21,459 nt of DNA from Promethearchaeota archaeon (lineage in GTDB: Archaea; Asgardarchaeota; Thorarchaeia; Thorarchaeales; Thorarchaeaceae). The number at the start of each line of letters is the position of its first letter. Position 1 is the first letter of the stretch. The position numbers and the translations under genes were made by a program. The DNA is taken from positions 1-21,459 of the forward strand of contig JBHLPF010000046.1 in assembly GCA_048939765.1 (NCBI GenBank). Direction: 5' to 3'. Positions 1 to 8,621 of this stretch are shown here, one piece after another. The notes below the pieces were generated by a model. That model searched no databases, had not been told where the DNA came from, and saw only the letters and a program-made list of their open reading frames with translations.

Positions 1-237
1 AGATGCAACAGAGTCTACCGTCGAATACCTATGTCTGGCAAATGTACAAGATGCGGTGAGGGATTATTGCTCACGGTCAGTCAGAGAAATATCTCAAAGT
101 ATCTTGGAGTTGCTGAGAAGATGATGCGCGAGCATGACCTCAGTCAATATCTTCAACAGCGCCTGAAACTCATCAATGCAGCTCTTGATTCACTCTTCAT
201 TTCAGAACAGACTGAACTCACAGACTTCTTTGAATGA
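1..237 (+). CDS. polC: DNA polymerase D large subunit (DP2), 3' fragment (5' truncated by window edge)
   Basis: Frame 1 is open from base 1: RCNRVYRRIPMSGKCTRCGEGLLLTVSQRNISKYL, matching the DP2 C-terminal Zn-finger (C..YRR.P..GKC..CG..L.LTV). It ends in the PIP-box-like QTELTDFF. Confidence 0.92.
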   Translation, partial: RCNRVYRRIPMSGKCTRCGEGLLLTVSQRNISKYLGVAEKMMREHDLSQYLQQRLKLINAALDSLFISEQTELTDFFE

Positions 238-242
238 GCCAA

Positions 243-1091
243 TTATTCCTCGAGCGCCAGTTTGAGCAGGTCCCTATCCTCAATCATTCCAATCAGGCTG
301 TTTGTTGCAGAGAGTACTGGTGCCTGATCTATGTCGTTCTTTCTAAATATCCTTACACACTCTGGAATTGTGCTTACTTCGTTGACGCTGATTATGTTCT
401 TAGTCATCACATCCCTTATCGGGACATTTGGAAGTCGAAGCAGTTTCTTAGTGACCACCAAAAAGTCCTTTGAGTCCCAGCTCCATTCAACAGAGGAGTC
501 AGTACCGCTGTATGTCTTTGATACATTGTCCTCGGTAGTCACTTCAGATAATCGGATGAAGTCACTGACTGTAATCACTCCTGTGACTCCACCATCCCGG
601 TTTACAAGAACCAGCGCATTCTTGCCTGCCATCTCCATCAGCATATACGCGAGTGGGCAGGGGGTTTCTTCCCAAGCGGCACTGATATATGGTTTCATAT
701 AGTCGCCGACCTTCACGTCCTGGAATTTCTCGTTCTCCTCTAGGACCGCTCCCAAGATGTCAGGAACCGTTACTAGGCCTACCAGCTCCTCATTATCCAC
801 CACAGGAAGTCGCCTGAACCCTTTATCCAGCATAAGCTTAGTCGCAGTCTTCACCAGTGTCCTTGGCGAAACTGTCTGAGGGTCTCTCACCATCAGCATG
901 GCCAGTTGTGGTTCATCTGCCTTTCTCAAGAGATCACTCCTAGTGACCATTCCTACAAGGGTCTTTGTGCCCTTCTTCACGACAGGGATCCCATTAACCT
1001 GCTTTTCTGCCATGATTTGCAGGACGTCCTCTCTAGTTCCAGGGACGGAGGCATATACCACATCAGATTGCATGCACTCTGCGACTTTCAT
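243..1091 (-). CDS. Tandem CBS-domain protein (4 CBS motifs, two Bateman modules)
   Basis: Repeated CBS motifs (IPVV..LVGMVTRSDLL; RRLPVVD..LVGLVTVPDIL; GVITVSDF; APVL..LIGMIEDRDLL). Start taken at ATG 1091 (MKVAECM) behind GAAGGT; the ORF track extends to 1166. Confidence 0.88.
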   Translation of the reverse strand: MKVAECMQSDVVYASVPGTREDVLQIMAEKQVNGIPVVKKGTKTLVGMVTRSDLLRKADEPQLAMLMVRDPQTVSPRTLVKTATKLMLDKGFRRLPVVDNEELVGLVTVPDILGAVLEENEKFQDVKVGDYMKPYISAAWEETPCPLAYMLMEMAGKNALVLVNRDGGVTGVITVSDFIRLSEVTTEDNVSKTYSGTDSSVEWSWDSKDFLVVTKKLLRLPNVPIRDVMTKNIISVNEVSTIPECVRIFRKNDIDQAPVLSATNSLIGMIEDRDLLKLALEE

Positions 1092-1267
1092 GCTGATACC
1101 TTCATTGTTGGTTTGCTTTACTCGGGTATTGTAGAAGCGGCGCGTCATAGCATTGGCTTTACTCAACCAATTGGCCCTGCGGCAATGTCGAAATAGATAG
1201 GGCCGGTAGCACCTACTCCCTTTGGCTTTAAAATGTAGTGGCCTGCCAAATTATATGTTTCAAATGG

Positions 1268-1828
1268 TCACCATGGGTTCTTCTTGATTCCTAAGAGGTA
1301 ACTCATGACATTGCTCACCCAATGAATAATCAATGTGGTGATAATAAGTAAAACTGCATAGATTCCTTCAGGCCGGAGAATTGGATAGGCAAAGAGGAGT
1401 GCCATGATTATGAATCCAAGCTGATCCAGTACTGGAGAGGGCCCTCCGCTCTGCACGTTTGCTCTTCTCTTCAAGAAGGATCCAATGAGGTCACCCGCCA
1501 GTGCTCCAACAGAGAGAAGGAAACCAGCAGGCACAGTCATGAATAGCACATACTCCATACTCGGAGTTACAGTGACAAATTCTGCCAAAATCGGCATCAA
1601 ATATGGAGCTAGAGTATACTGTCCAAGACCAGTCAAAGTGCCAAAGAACACACCAACAATAAATCCCTGTATCGTCTTACCATCGCCTAGGATTCTGTGA
1701 CCATCTCGCATAACTCTGCCACCATCAATTGGCCTGCCGCCTCCAAATATCACAGGAGTTGCGTTGGCAATCCAGGCCGGCAATCCTAACCACACTGATA
1801 GTTCTAGCAGAGCTAGTGCTTCATACAT
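1268..1828 (-). CDS. carS: CDP-archaeol synthase (CDP-2,3-bis-O-geranylgeranyl-sn-glycerol synthase, DUF46)
   Basis: PAWIANATPV, GGGRPIDGG, GDGKT, GDLIGSFLKRR, PVLDQL and C-terminal LGIKKNPW are the CarS signatures; multiple TM segments. Confidence 0.93.
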   Translation of the reverse strand: MYEALALLELSVWLGLPAWIANATPVIFGGGRPIDGGRVMRDGHRILGDGKTIQGFIVGVFFGTLTGLGQYTLAPYLMPILAEFVTVTPSMEYVLFMTVPAGFLLSVGALAGDLIGSFLKRRANVQSGGPSPVLDQLGFIIMALLFAYPILRPEGIYAVLLIITTLIIHWVSNVMSYLLGIKKNPW

Positions 1829-1879
1829 TTGGCGTGACCCCTACAGAACCCAATTAGTTGCTCATTTCATTGTTTCTTT

Positions 1880-2578
1880 TTAATCCGGTTCCAGCGCCAA
1901 TCCTCTTTCTGTGAGGAAAAGCCTACACATGGAGGGTTCGCTTTCTGGTCTTAATCTTTTCAGTATCCTCTCCCCAGTTCTTTTTCCAACACGCATCTTC
2001 AAAATATAGTCTGACCAATAATCAAGGATATTGCTGGCAACAGGTTCAAAACCCTCAGTTCCATCCATGCTTCCCCTCACTTGGTTTAGAACAAGCACTG
2101 CAACATCTCTTTCTCTTGCTAGACCCTTCAAAACCCCCGCCTGTCGGTTGAGTTCCCGATGGTTGAGATAGTTAGTGTCGCGGTCGTCTAACACTGATCG
2201 ATATAACCGAGTCAACGTGTCAATGACAACAAGCCTGGTTTCATCATGTGCGTATAACTCAATATCGTCAATCAAGGCACTCTGTTCTTCGAAGTCTTTA
2301 GGAGATAGAATCATCATTTTGTCTTTGATGTGTTCAAACTCTTTTCCCGAAATCTGTTCCAGCCTTTCAATTGGAGAAGCGGACTCTGAATTGATATAGA
2401 TGGTTCTTGCACCAATTCTATCTGCGGCACTGGCAAATTGAAGGGCGACGGTTGTCTTTCCTGATGCTGCCTCTCCATAGAAATGAATAAACAGACCGGT
2501 TGAAAGCCCGCCGTTGAGAATCCTGTCCAGGACTGACACACCTGACGGAAGAATCAAATCACCCTTCACCGGTTTCAT
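1880..2578 (-). CDS. radB: RadB-like RecA-family recombination protein
   Basis: SGVSVLDRILNGG, Walker A YGEAASGKT, Walker B LVVIDT, VLVLNQV; ATPase core only, with no RadA N-terminal HhH domain. ATG 2578 chosen; alternative TTG 2593. Confidence 0.85.
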   Translation of the reverse strand: MKPVKGDLILPSGVSVLDRILNGGLSTGLFIHFYGEAASGKTTVALQFASAADRIGARTIYINSESASPIERLEQISGKEFEHIKDKMMILSPKDFEEQSALIDDIELYAHDETRLVVIDTLTRLYRSVLDDRDTNYLNHRELNRQAGVLKGLARERDVAVLVLNQVRGSMDGTEGFEPVASNILDYWSDYILKMRVGKRTGERILKRLRPESEPSMCRLFLTERGLALEPD

Positions 2579-2624
2579 GTTGTCACAAGACAAGTGATAA
2601 GCCTAACTCAGAAGGAGTGCTGTA

Positions 2625-3392
2625 ATGCCAAGGTACGAGGTAGCAATTGCTACAAGGAACCCAAGAGTTCGCTATCTTGCTGTGAACCTCATGAAGCGGC
2701 TTGGTATTGGTTTCATAATTTGTGCTCCTGATGAAGAAAAATGCGATGCATCACAAGTTGTAATAACGACTGAAACCGAGGCCTCACAATTCCATGCAAA
2801 CCGTCTGGTAGTGATGGACGAGGATTCCAATGACGATGCTACCGCTATTGAAATCATGTTGGCGCTCCTAGATATCAGAAACCCCTCAGTCATAGCCATT
2901 GGCATTGACCCAGGAATGAAATTCGGTTTGGCACTCGTTGCCGATGGCGTAGCCATCTATGCAATCACAGCATCTAGCCCGCGGATAGCCGCCAATTATA
3001 CGTTTCATTGGATATCCGTCATCCGCACACATTTCCGGAGTCCTGTGCTGGTGCGCGTCGGTACCGGATCCAGATTATATTCAGCACTCTACCTACGCGG
3101 AATCAAAGACAGAGCCAACAAAAGATTCCACGTCGAAATGGTTGATGAGCGGCATACAACCAGAAAAGGAGAATCGGACAAATCATCCGCCACACTAATA
3201 GCCTCCCGAAAAGGTCGTCCTGTTTCTGATGAGGATTTCGTGCTTGATACAAAGGCTGGATATGTTCGTTCATTGAAACGTCTTGTCACCAAAGTCACAG
3301 AAGGCAGACTTATTCTTACTTCCGCACAGGCTAAATCCATTTTGCTGAATGAAGTTACTCTGGACGAGATTCTGGACAACAGTCATCAATAG
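2625..3392 (+). CDS. Uncharacterised protein with YqgF/RuvX-like RNase H-fold domain
   Basis: AIGIDPGMKFGLALV, VDERHTT and DKSSATLIA parallel the three YqgF motifs (D.G..IG.A; DERL(S/T)T; D..SA..I). SD-like AGGAG upstream. Confidence 0.65.
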   Translation: MPRYEVAIATRNPRVRYLAVNLMKRLGIGFIICAPDEEKCDASQVVITTETEASQFHANRLVVMDEDSNDDATAIEIMLALLDIRNPSVIAIGIDPGMKFGLALVADGVAIYAITASSPRIAANYTFHWISVIRTHFRSPVLVRVGTGSRLYSALYLRGIKDRANKRFHVEMVDERHTTRKGESDKSSATLIASRKGRPVSDEDFVLDTKAGYVRSLKRLVTKVTEGRLILTSAQAKSILLNEVTLDEILDNSHQ

Positions 3393-5320
3393 TCCGCAGC
3401 AAAGAAGGCGCCTATTTGTTCAGCTATAATGCTGGGGTTGTCGGGTATCACCTGTACCACTTCTGCCAACCAAGATGGCAGGAATCTCTTCAGATAGGGT
3501 GTGGCGAATCTCTGGTCTAGAAAGATAATTGCTCCCTTGTCATCAAGTCTTCTGACGGGTCTCCCTGCAGCCTGAATCGCTCTTGTCATTGCTGGAAGAA
3601 CATAGGCATATTCCCTCCCCTTCTTGTTGAAACGAGCATCATAATACTGTATCAAAGACTCTGTACTCGGTGTTGGTCTTGCATACGGCACCCCCACCAC
3701 AATAACGCTTTCCATCGTTGGGCCAGGAAAGTCGCCGCCCTCAGAGTTCCGTCCACCTTGAACACCCAAGAGGACTGCTCCTCCCTCCTCTCCCTTCTGC
3801 TTGAAGCTCTCAATCATCTTGTCGTTCTCTGTTCCTTTCATTCCGGGTTTCTCTTGAAACAACTTCACTTTCAACCGTTTCTCAAGACCAACATTCAACA
3901 GTGATTTGCCAATAGAATAGCTCGTTGTGAAGATGGCCGTATTGCCTGGCGTTGCATGCGCCACCGCCACACAGTGATTGACCATTCTCTTGAACATGTC
4001 ATCATTTCGAGCTTGATAGGTGGTTTCCACATCTTCAACTATCAAACATAACCTATTGCGTGCTGCAAATGGACTGTGATATGTACTTGTTATGGCACCC
4101 TTGCCGAATCCTAGCATTTCTGAATAGGCGGTCATTGGAGAAATGGTTCCTGATACAGCCACAGAGTTGTGAATGCGATTCAAGATTGGACTGGTCACAG
4201 AAGTCGGGTCCAAGGCGAGTAGTTCAAGAGATACCCTCTTATTCTCTCCTCTTCCCCGGCTTGAGGCTAATATGAACGTGTAATCATCGCGCTCTATGCA
4301 GTTTGCCCATCTCATCATGAAGTCTGCTACCCTGTGAATAAACGAACGTGGGAACTTACCAGCCTTGAGGAGTCCTCTTCGTATATTGATTCCCAAGTCC
4401 CTCATATGCACCAGAACATCTGTTTCAGGGTCCAATCCTGAAATTTGAAAGACTTGATCAAATACTGTCTGTGGGTCAATTCCCTTCTCATCAGTTTCTG
4501 CCATGCCCACAGTCTGGTCCAGAATCCATTTTGCGAGCCCTCGAGAGAACTCCTCTGATGTGGAGTCATTATACGTCGTGGCTTCTCGCATAGCTTGCCT
4601 AATCGTCCCAATTGTGAGAGAGTCACTCGCTGAACTAAGAGCCGTAGATGGTACGTTATGCGCCTCATCTTGGACAAGGACCATCTTCGACAAGGGAGTT
4701 TCAAGCTCGGGCATGAACGTTTCCATAATCCATGGATCAAAGACATAGAGATATGATAGTGCTATCACGTCAACGACTTTTGCCAGCCTTTTGGCAAGTT
4801 CATACGGACAGATAGACCTGCCTCTTCCTATCTCCACCATTTCCGGCGCAGTCAATACTCGTTTTGGCATGTCTTCAAGTAAGGTCGCTGGCGATCCCGC
4901 AATTCTGAGATTCTCATAATAGATGCATCGTCGAGTTACCTTTAGCTGACCACAGACTTCACTTATTGGCGCCACAAAGTCTGCATTCTCAAGGACGAAC
5001 TCGTTTATACACATATGACGTCGACCACGAAAAGAAACCCCGCTAACATCGTTCTTCTCAAGGATGGCATCCAGCTCCTCAACAACACGATCCAATTGTC
5101 TATGAGTTCTGGCGCAATAGAGAATTTTGCCCTTGGTTTCTCTTATCCATGGGAGAACTCCACTGAGCGTTGCGCAAGTCTTTCCAAATCCATTTGGGGC
5201 CTCCGTACATATGTGCGTCCCCTCTCTTACAGCGCTCTCAATACCTGCCATCATCTCTTCTTGACCGGCTCGAGCACTCGGATAAGGAAAGAAGTCGTGG
5301 TATGTATGCTTCTCAGTCAT
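3386..5320 (-). CDS. xpd: XPD/Rad3-family Fe-S DNA helicase
   Basis: Q motif (FPYPSARAGQ), EAPNGFGKT, RTHRQL, four Fe-S cysteines (HMC, EVC, RRC, CPYE), DEAH, SGT, SEGGDF, QAAGRPVR. Start ATG 5320 or GTG 5374. Confidence 0.9.
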   Translation of the reverse strand: MTEKHTYHDFFPYPSARAGQEEMMAGIESAVREGTHICTEAPNGFGKTCATLSGVLPWIRETKGKILYCARTHRQLDRVVEELDAILEKNDVSGVSFRGRRHMCINEFVLENADFVAPISEVCGQLKVTRRCIYYENLRIAGSPATLLEDMPKRVLTAPEMVEIGRGRSICPYELAKRLAKVVDVIALSYLYVFDPWIMETFMPELETPLSKMVLVQDEAHNVPSTALSSASDSLTIGTIRQAMREATTYNDSTSEEFSRGLAKWILDQTVGMAETDEKGIDPQTVFDQVFQISGLDPETDVLVHMRDLGINIRRGLLKAGKFPRSFIHRVADFMMRWANCIERDDYTFILASSRGRGENKRVSLELLALDPTSVTSPILNRIHNSVAVSGTISPMTAYSEMLGFGKGAITSTYHSPFAARNRLCLIVEDVETTYQARNDDMFKRMVNHCVAVAHATPGNTAIFTTSYSIGKSLLNVGLEKRLKVKLFQEKPGMKGTENDKMIESFKQKGEEGGAVLLGVQGGRNSEGGDFPGPTMESVIVVGVPYARPTPSTESLIQYYDARFNKKGREYAYVLPAMTRAIQAAGRPVRRLDDKGAIIFLDQRFATPYLKRFLPSWLAEVVQVIPDNPSIIAEQIGAFFAADY

Positions 5321-5426
5321 AGAGTTCTCACTATTCTGGAAGTTGTACCATTGATAACGCTGTTGCTCTGCCACCAGCCGTTACTGCTTTATTACAGAAC
5401 ACATCTTGAATAGCTGGGTGTCACTG

Positions 5427-5771
5427 ATGGAGTTTGATGACATTAGGCAGTTCGTGTCTGATACCAGTCAAGGCAAGATTATGTTTAGAATAATGGATTT
5501 TGAAAACGGCACACTTGTTCTAATCTCTGATTCTAACAAGTTTCGACTTGGTCTTTCGGCAGTGGCTATACCCCCAGGCCATGGGAGGTCAGAACCAACA
5601 TCAACTGGATTATTCTCAGCTGGATTGGATGCAGCCCTTGTCCGCACCATTGCCGAGAGAGTGTCCGCAATGACCAATCAGTCATGCATGGTTGTTGTGG
5701 CAATGAGCACGTTGAATCAAGTTATTGTGATGGAACTGATGACTATCTTAAAGAACCATCTTCTGACTTGA
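5427..5771 (+). CDS. Proteasome assembly chaperone PAC4 (PSMG4)-like protein
   Basis: FRIMDFENGTLVLIS..RLGLSAVAIP..PTSTGLF..RTIAERVSAMTNQSCMV parallels the remembered PAC4 pattern (F.VM.L.DS..LWV..L..LAVAM..PVSTSL..LAQRLA.KT.KQVFV). ATG 5427 behind GGGTG. Confidence 0.6.
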   Translation: MEFDDIRQFVSDTSQGKIMFRIMDFENGTLVLISDSNKFRLGLSAVAIPPGHGRSEPTSTGLFSAGLDAALVRTIAERVSAMTNQSCMVVVAMSTLNQVIVMELMTILKNHLLT

Positions 5772-5970
5772 TGTGTTCTATGACTTCTCGAACCCATCTC
5801 CCAGCACCTTCAGTGGCATACACATGATCAAGAAAGGAGTCCCAGTCTACATCCATTGCATTGGTCCAGTTGTCAAACTCTTTCTGGAGATTGTCAGATG
5901 CAAGTCGATGATACTGACAAAAGTGGCCTCCGACATCATTGGGCCGACCGCAGATTGGGCACTCACTCAT
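5743..5970 (-). CDS. Small CxxC-x10-CxxH zinc-finger protein coupled to topA
   Basis: MSECPICGRPNDVGGHFCQYH followed by a Trp-rich helical region; ATG 5970 overlaps the last codons of topA. Confidence 0.7.
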   Translation of the reverse strand: MSECPICGRPNDVGGHFCQYHRLASDNLQKEFDNWTNAMDVDWDSFLDHVYATEGAGRWVREVIEHIKSEDGSLR

Positions 5971-8089
5971 CAGCTGCTCCCTCTCTCTTTTCTGCTGCTT
6001 TCTCTCGACGTTTCTCGAGTTCCCTAAGCTCATCCTGCCGTCCAGGGCACTCTGTCCAGTTCACACAGGTCTCCCAGGGACGTCGTCCTGAAATCTTGAT
6101 CATGTGATGTCCGCAGTATGGACATTTCTTGTTCAACGGCAAAATAGACCCCTTCTGCGGCAGTGGGTATGTCTGATCGCATCCTCCATCCTTGTATTGA
6201 GTACATCCTACGAACCTTTTCCCAGTTCGTGGAGATCGAATAATGACAAGCTTGCCCACACCGCATTTGGGGCAAGGCCCTATCTCCTCGCTCTCTTTCC
6301 AATAGCGTTGCAGCCCGTTGACGAGCGTCTTCCCAATGCTCTCTTCCTGTGACTGGAACACCCCAAGTAGCTCCTGTAGGTCCTCTCGTGCATGTGATAA
6401 CACCCTTTCTCGGTCAAGACGGTCCTCTAGAATGCCTTGCATCTCCTCCTCCAATCGCCTTGTGAACTCTGCAGAAAGTATCTTTGGGACATACTGGCTA
6501 AGGGTTTCATGTAAAGCGTATCCAAGTGTGGACAGTTCGAACTTGTCGCCAAGTGTATATCCCCTTGACCTCACCGAATCAACAATCGAAGACCTTGTGG
6601 CTTTTGTCCCCAGGTTTTCTTTCTCAAGTATCTTGAGTAGACTTGATGGGTTAAAGCGTGGAGGTGGTGATGTGAATCGCCCCTCCTCTCTAACAGACTC
6701 AAGGTGTACTGAGTCCCCCTCAGCTATAGTCGGCAAAATCCTCTCGTTGAGTTTGACATATGGCTCATAATAGTCCATCCATCCTCTCCTGAGGATTTTG
6801 AGCCCTCTTGCATAGAGCAGGTGGTCTTTGCACGAGATGTCTGCTCGCATGCTCTCTTTTACTGCATTCTCGCCAAATAGAGCGAAGAACCGGCGGACAA
6901 TGAGGTCGTACACTTTAGTTTCGCTTGGGGTCAATCTCTTTGCTGGTCTGGCTCCTGTCGGATGAATGGCCGGGTGTGCCGGATCGTCTTTCTTCCCTTG
7001 GGCTGGGGTGAGCTTCCCAGCAACGAGGACCTGTTTAGCAAGCCCTGCATATTTCTTGTGTTTGCTCAGATTGTCAAGTATCTCTCTCACATTGATGCTG
7101 GAAGGTATCTTCTGACTACCAGTTCTTGGATACGAAATGAGAGCTTCAAGGTATAGCTTTTGAGCAATTGCTAGCGTTCTACTTGGTTTGAAACCAAAGT
7201 GTCTATAGCTCTCAGACTGTAGCCCAGACAAGTTGAAGGGGACGGGAGGCGTCTGAGTGTTCCTCTTGCTATTGATCCCATCAACAATGCCCGATTCTCC
7301 CTTCAAGTCATCTGCAATTGCAAGCGCTTCTTTCTTCACTGCAATCCGTTTCTTCGAGTATTCAAGTTCCAACTCGTGCCCATTGAGCACCCCCAGTGTC
7401 AGGATAGTCCAATACGGAGTGGGCACGAAACTGTTTATCGATTGATCACGTTCGGCGACAAGTGCAAGAGTCGGACCTTGAACCCTTCCTGTAGAGACTA
7501 TCTTGAACCAGCCTGAGGCCTCTTTTATCGCCAAGGTGAGGGCTCTGGTCAGATTGATTCCATATAGCCAATCCACCTCATGCCTGGCTGCACCAGCCTC
7601 TATCATGGGAAAGTCTAGGGTGTCTGACATGTTATCATAGGCTCTCTCAAGCTCTGCCTTGGTCAAAGTCGAGAATATCATTCTCTTTGCCTTACCAGCA
7701 TCTGTTTTGCATGCATAGGCGAGGGTTAGGTATCCGATGAGGCTTCCCTCAATGTCGAAGTCTGTAGCAATGACATACTGGTCTATGTCCTTAGATAGGT
7801 TCTTGATCAGGCGAATTATCGGCTTGATTCCAGTCGCCTTTTTGTCGACCTCATATCTTGGTACCCACTCTGCTGACAGTCTGGGATATTTCCAGCCTTT
7901 CTCAGTCTGTCGGAGCTCGAACAGGTGACCAAGAGCATATACAACAATCAAGTTGTCGCCAGTCCTGTTGCACTCGAAATAGGAGGCGCCTCGCTGCTTC
8001 ACCTCTTTGGGTGCCCCACTCTCATCCAGTGCTTGAGCTATCCGTTTTGCTGCGGTTGGCTTTTCAGAGATTATCAGAACCCTTGACAG
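5963..8089 (-). CDS. topA: DNA topoisomerase IA (archaeal TopA/Topo III) with two C-terminal zinc ribbons; probable CTG start
   Basis: GHLFEL, IATDFDIEG, STGRVQGPTL, catalytic ISYPRT, AHPAIHPT, LGTKATR, CPKCG and CPYCG ribbons. The frame continues 29 codons upstream of the called GTG 8002 to include the TOPRIM motif VLIISEKPTAAKRIA, bounded by TAG at 8092-8090. Confidence 0.95.
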   Translation of the reverse strand: MSRVLIISEKPTAAKRIAQALDESGAPKEVKQRGASYFECNRTGDNLIVVYALGHLFELRQTEKGWKYPRLSAEWVPRYEVDKKATGIKPIIRLIKNLSKDIDQYVIATDFDIEGSLIGYLTLAYACKTDAGKAKRMIFSTLTKAELERAYDNMSDTLDFPMIEAGAARHEVDWLYGINLTRALTLAIKEASGWFKIVSTGRVQGPTLALVAERDQSINSFVPTPYWTILTLGVLNGHELELEYSKKRIAVKKEALAIADDLKGESGIVDGINSKRNTQTPPVPFNLSGLQSESYRHFGFKPSRTLAIAQKLYLEALISYPRTGSQKIPSSINVREILDNLSKHKKYAGLAKQVLVAGKLTPAQGKKDDPAHPAIHPTGARPAKRLTPSETKVYDLIVRRFFALFGENAVKESMRADISCKDHLLYARGLKILRRGWMDYYEPYVKLNERILPTIAEGDSVHLESVREEGRFTSPPPRFNPSSLLKILEKENLGTKATRSSIVDSVRSRGYTLGDKFELSTLGYALHETLSQYVPKILSAEFTRRLEEEMQGILEDRLDRERVLSHAREDLQELLGVFQSQEESIGKTLVNGLQRYWKESEEIGPCPKCGVGKLVIIRSPRTGKRFVGCTQYKDGGCDQTYPLPQKGSILPLNKKCPYCGHHMIKISGRRPWETCVNWTECPGRQDELRELEKRREKAAEKREGAADE

Positions 8090-8181
8090 CTATCTCGCCT
8101 CACATACGTATGGTACAGAATTCCATCCCACGATAGTCTTAAAAGCAGACCGCCAAACGAAACCGCTCAAGGTGTGCTGAC

Positions 8182-8601
8182 TTGCCCTGGTGGCCAAAAT
8201 TCATCATTAAGCCAAGAGTACGACTCACAAGACCAAGGTTTGGGATGCCCCAAAGGCCTCCGGATATTGTTCTGTTTGGACTTGCTTTCATAGCTATTCT
8301 GTTCATACTAGGTGGCAACATTTACACTCTGATTCGGACGCCACCGGCCATTGCTGGTAACCCCTCCGGCAGCGGCGCACCTATTCTCATTGCACCAGGG
8401 ATTGACGTTCAGCTCGGGATGGAAGGTATCGTGGCCTCAGTCGTGGTTATGATTGGAGTCATTGGTCTTGGTCTCATGTATTATTCCTCAAAGTATGTCT
8501 TTCAGCCTGGCTATGCCACAAGGCTTCTCGTGTTGGGAATGATCCTCGCTGGAGTGGCTTTCCTAGTCTTTAGTTACATGTTCGCACTCAAGATAGGATG
8601 A
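8182..8601 (+). CDS. Oligosaccharyltransferase subunit OSTC/DC2-like (OST3/OST6-related) membrane protein
   Basis: Three TM helices; KPRVRLTRP, FILGGNIYTLIRTPP, QLGMEGIVAS and C-terminal ALKIG parallel human OSTC (PNLKLKKP, FLITGGIIYDVIVEPP, QYIMEGLASS, RMKLPG). TTG start behind AGGTG. Confidence 0.8.
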   Translation: MPWWPKFIIKPRVRLTRPRFGMPQRPPDIVLFGLAFIAILFILGGNIYTLIRTPPAIAGNPSGSGAPILIAPGIDVQLGMEGIVASVVVMIGVIGLGLMYYSSKYVFQPGYATRLLVLGMILAGVAFLVFSYMFALKIG

Positions 8602-8621
8602 CAATATTCCTGTATCATACC

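Noticed and set aside
8090-8131. Possible amber (pyrrolysine) readthrough from an in-frame GTG at 8131 through the TAG before topA
   Set aside because: The added peptide has no topoisomerase similarity, the GTG lies too close to the TATA candidate to be transcribed, and CTG 8089 already gives a normal N-terminus.
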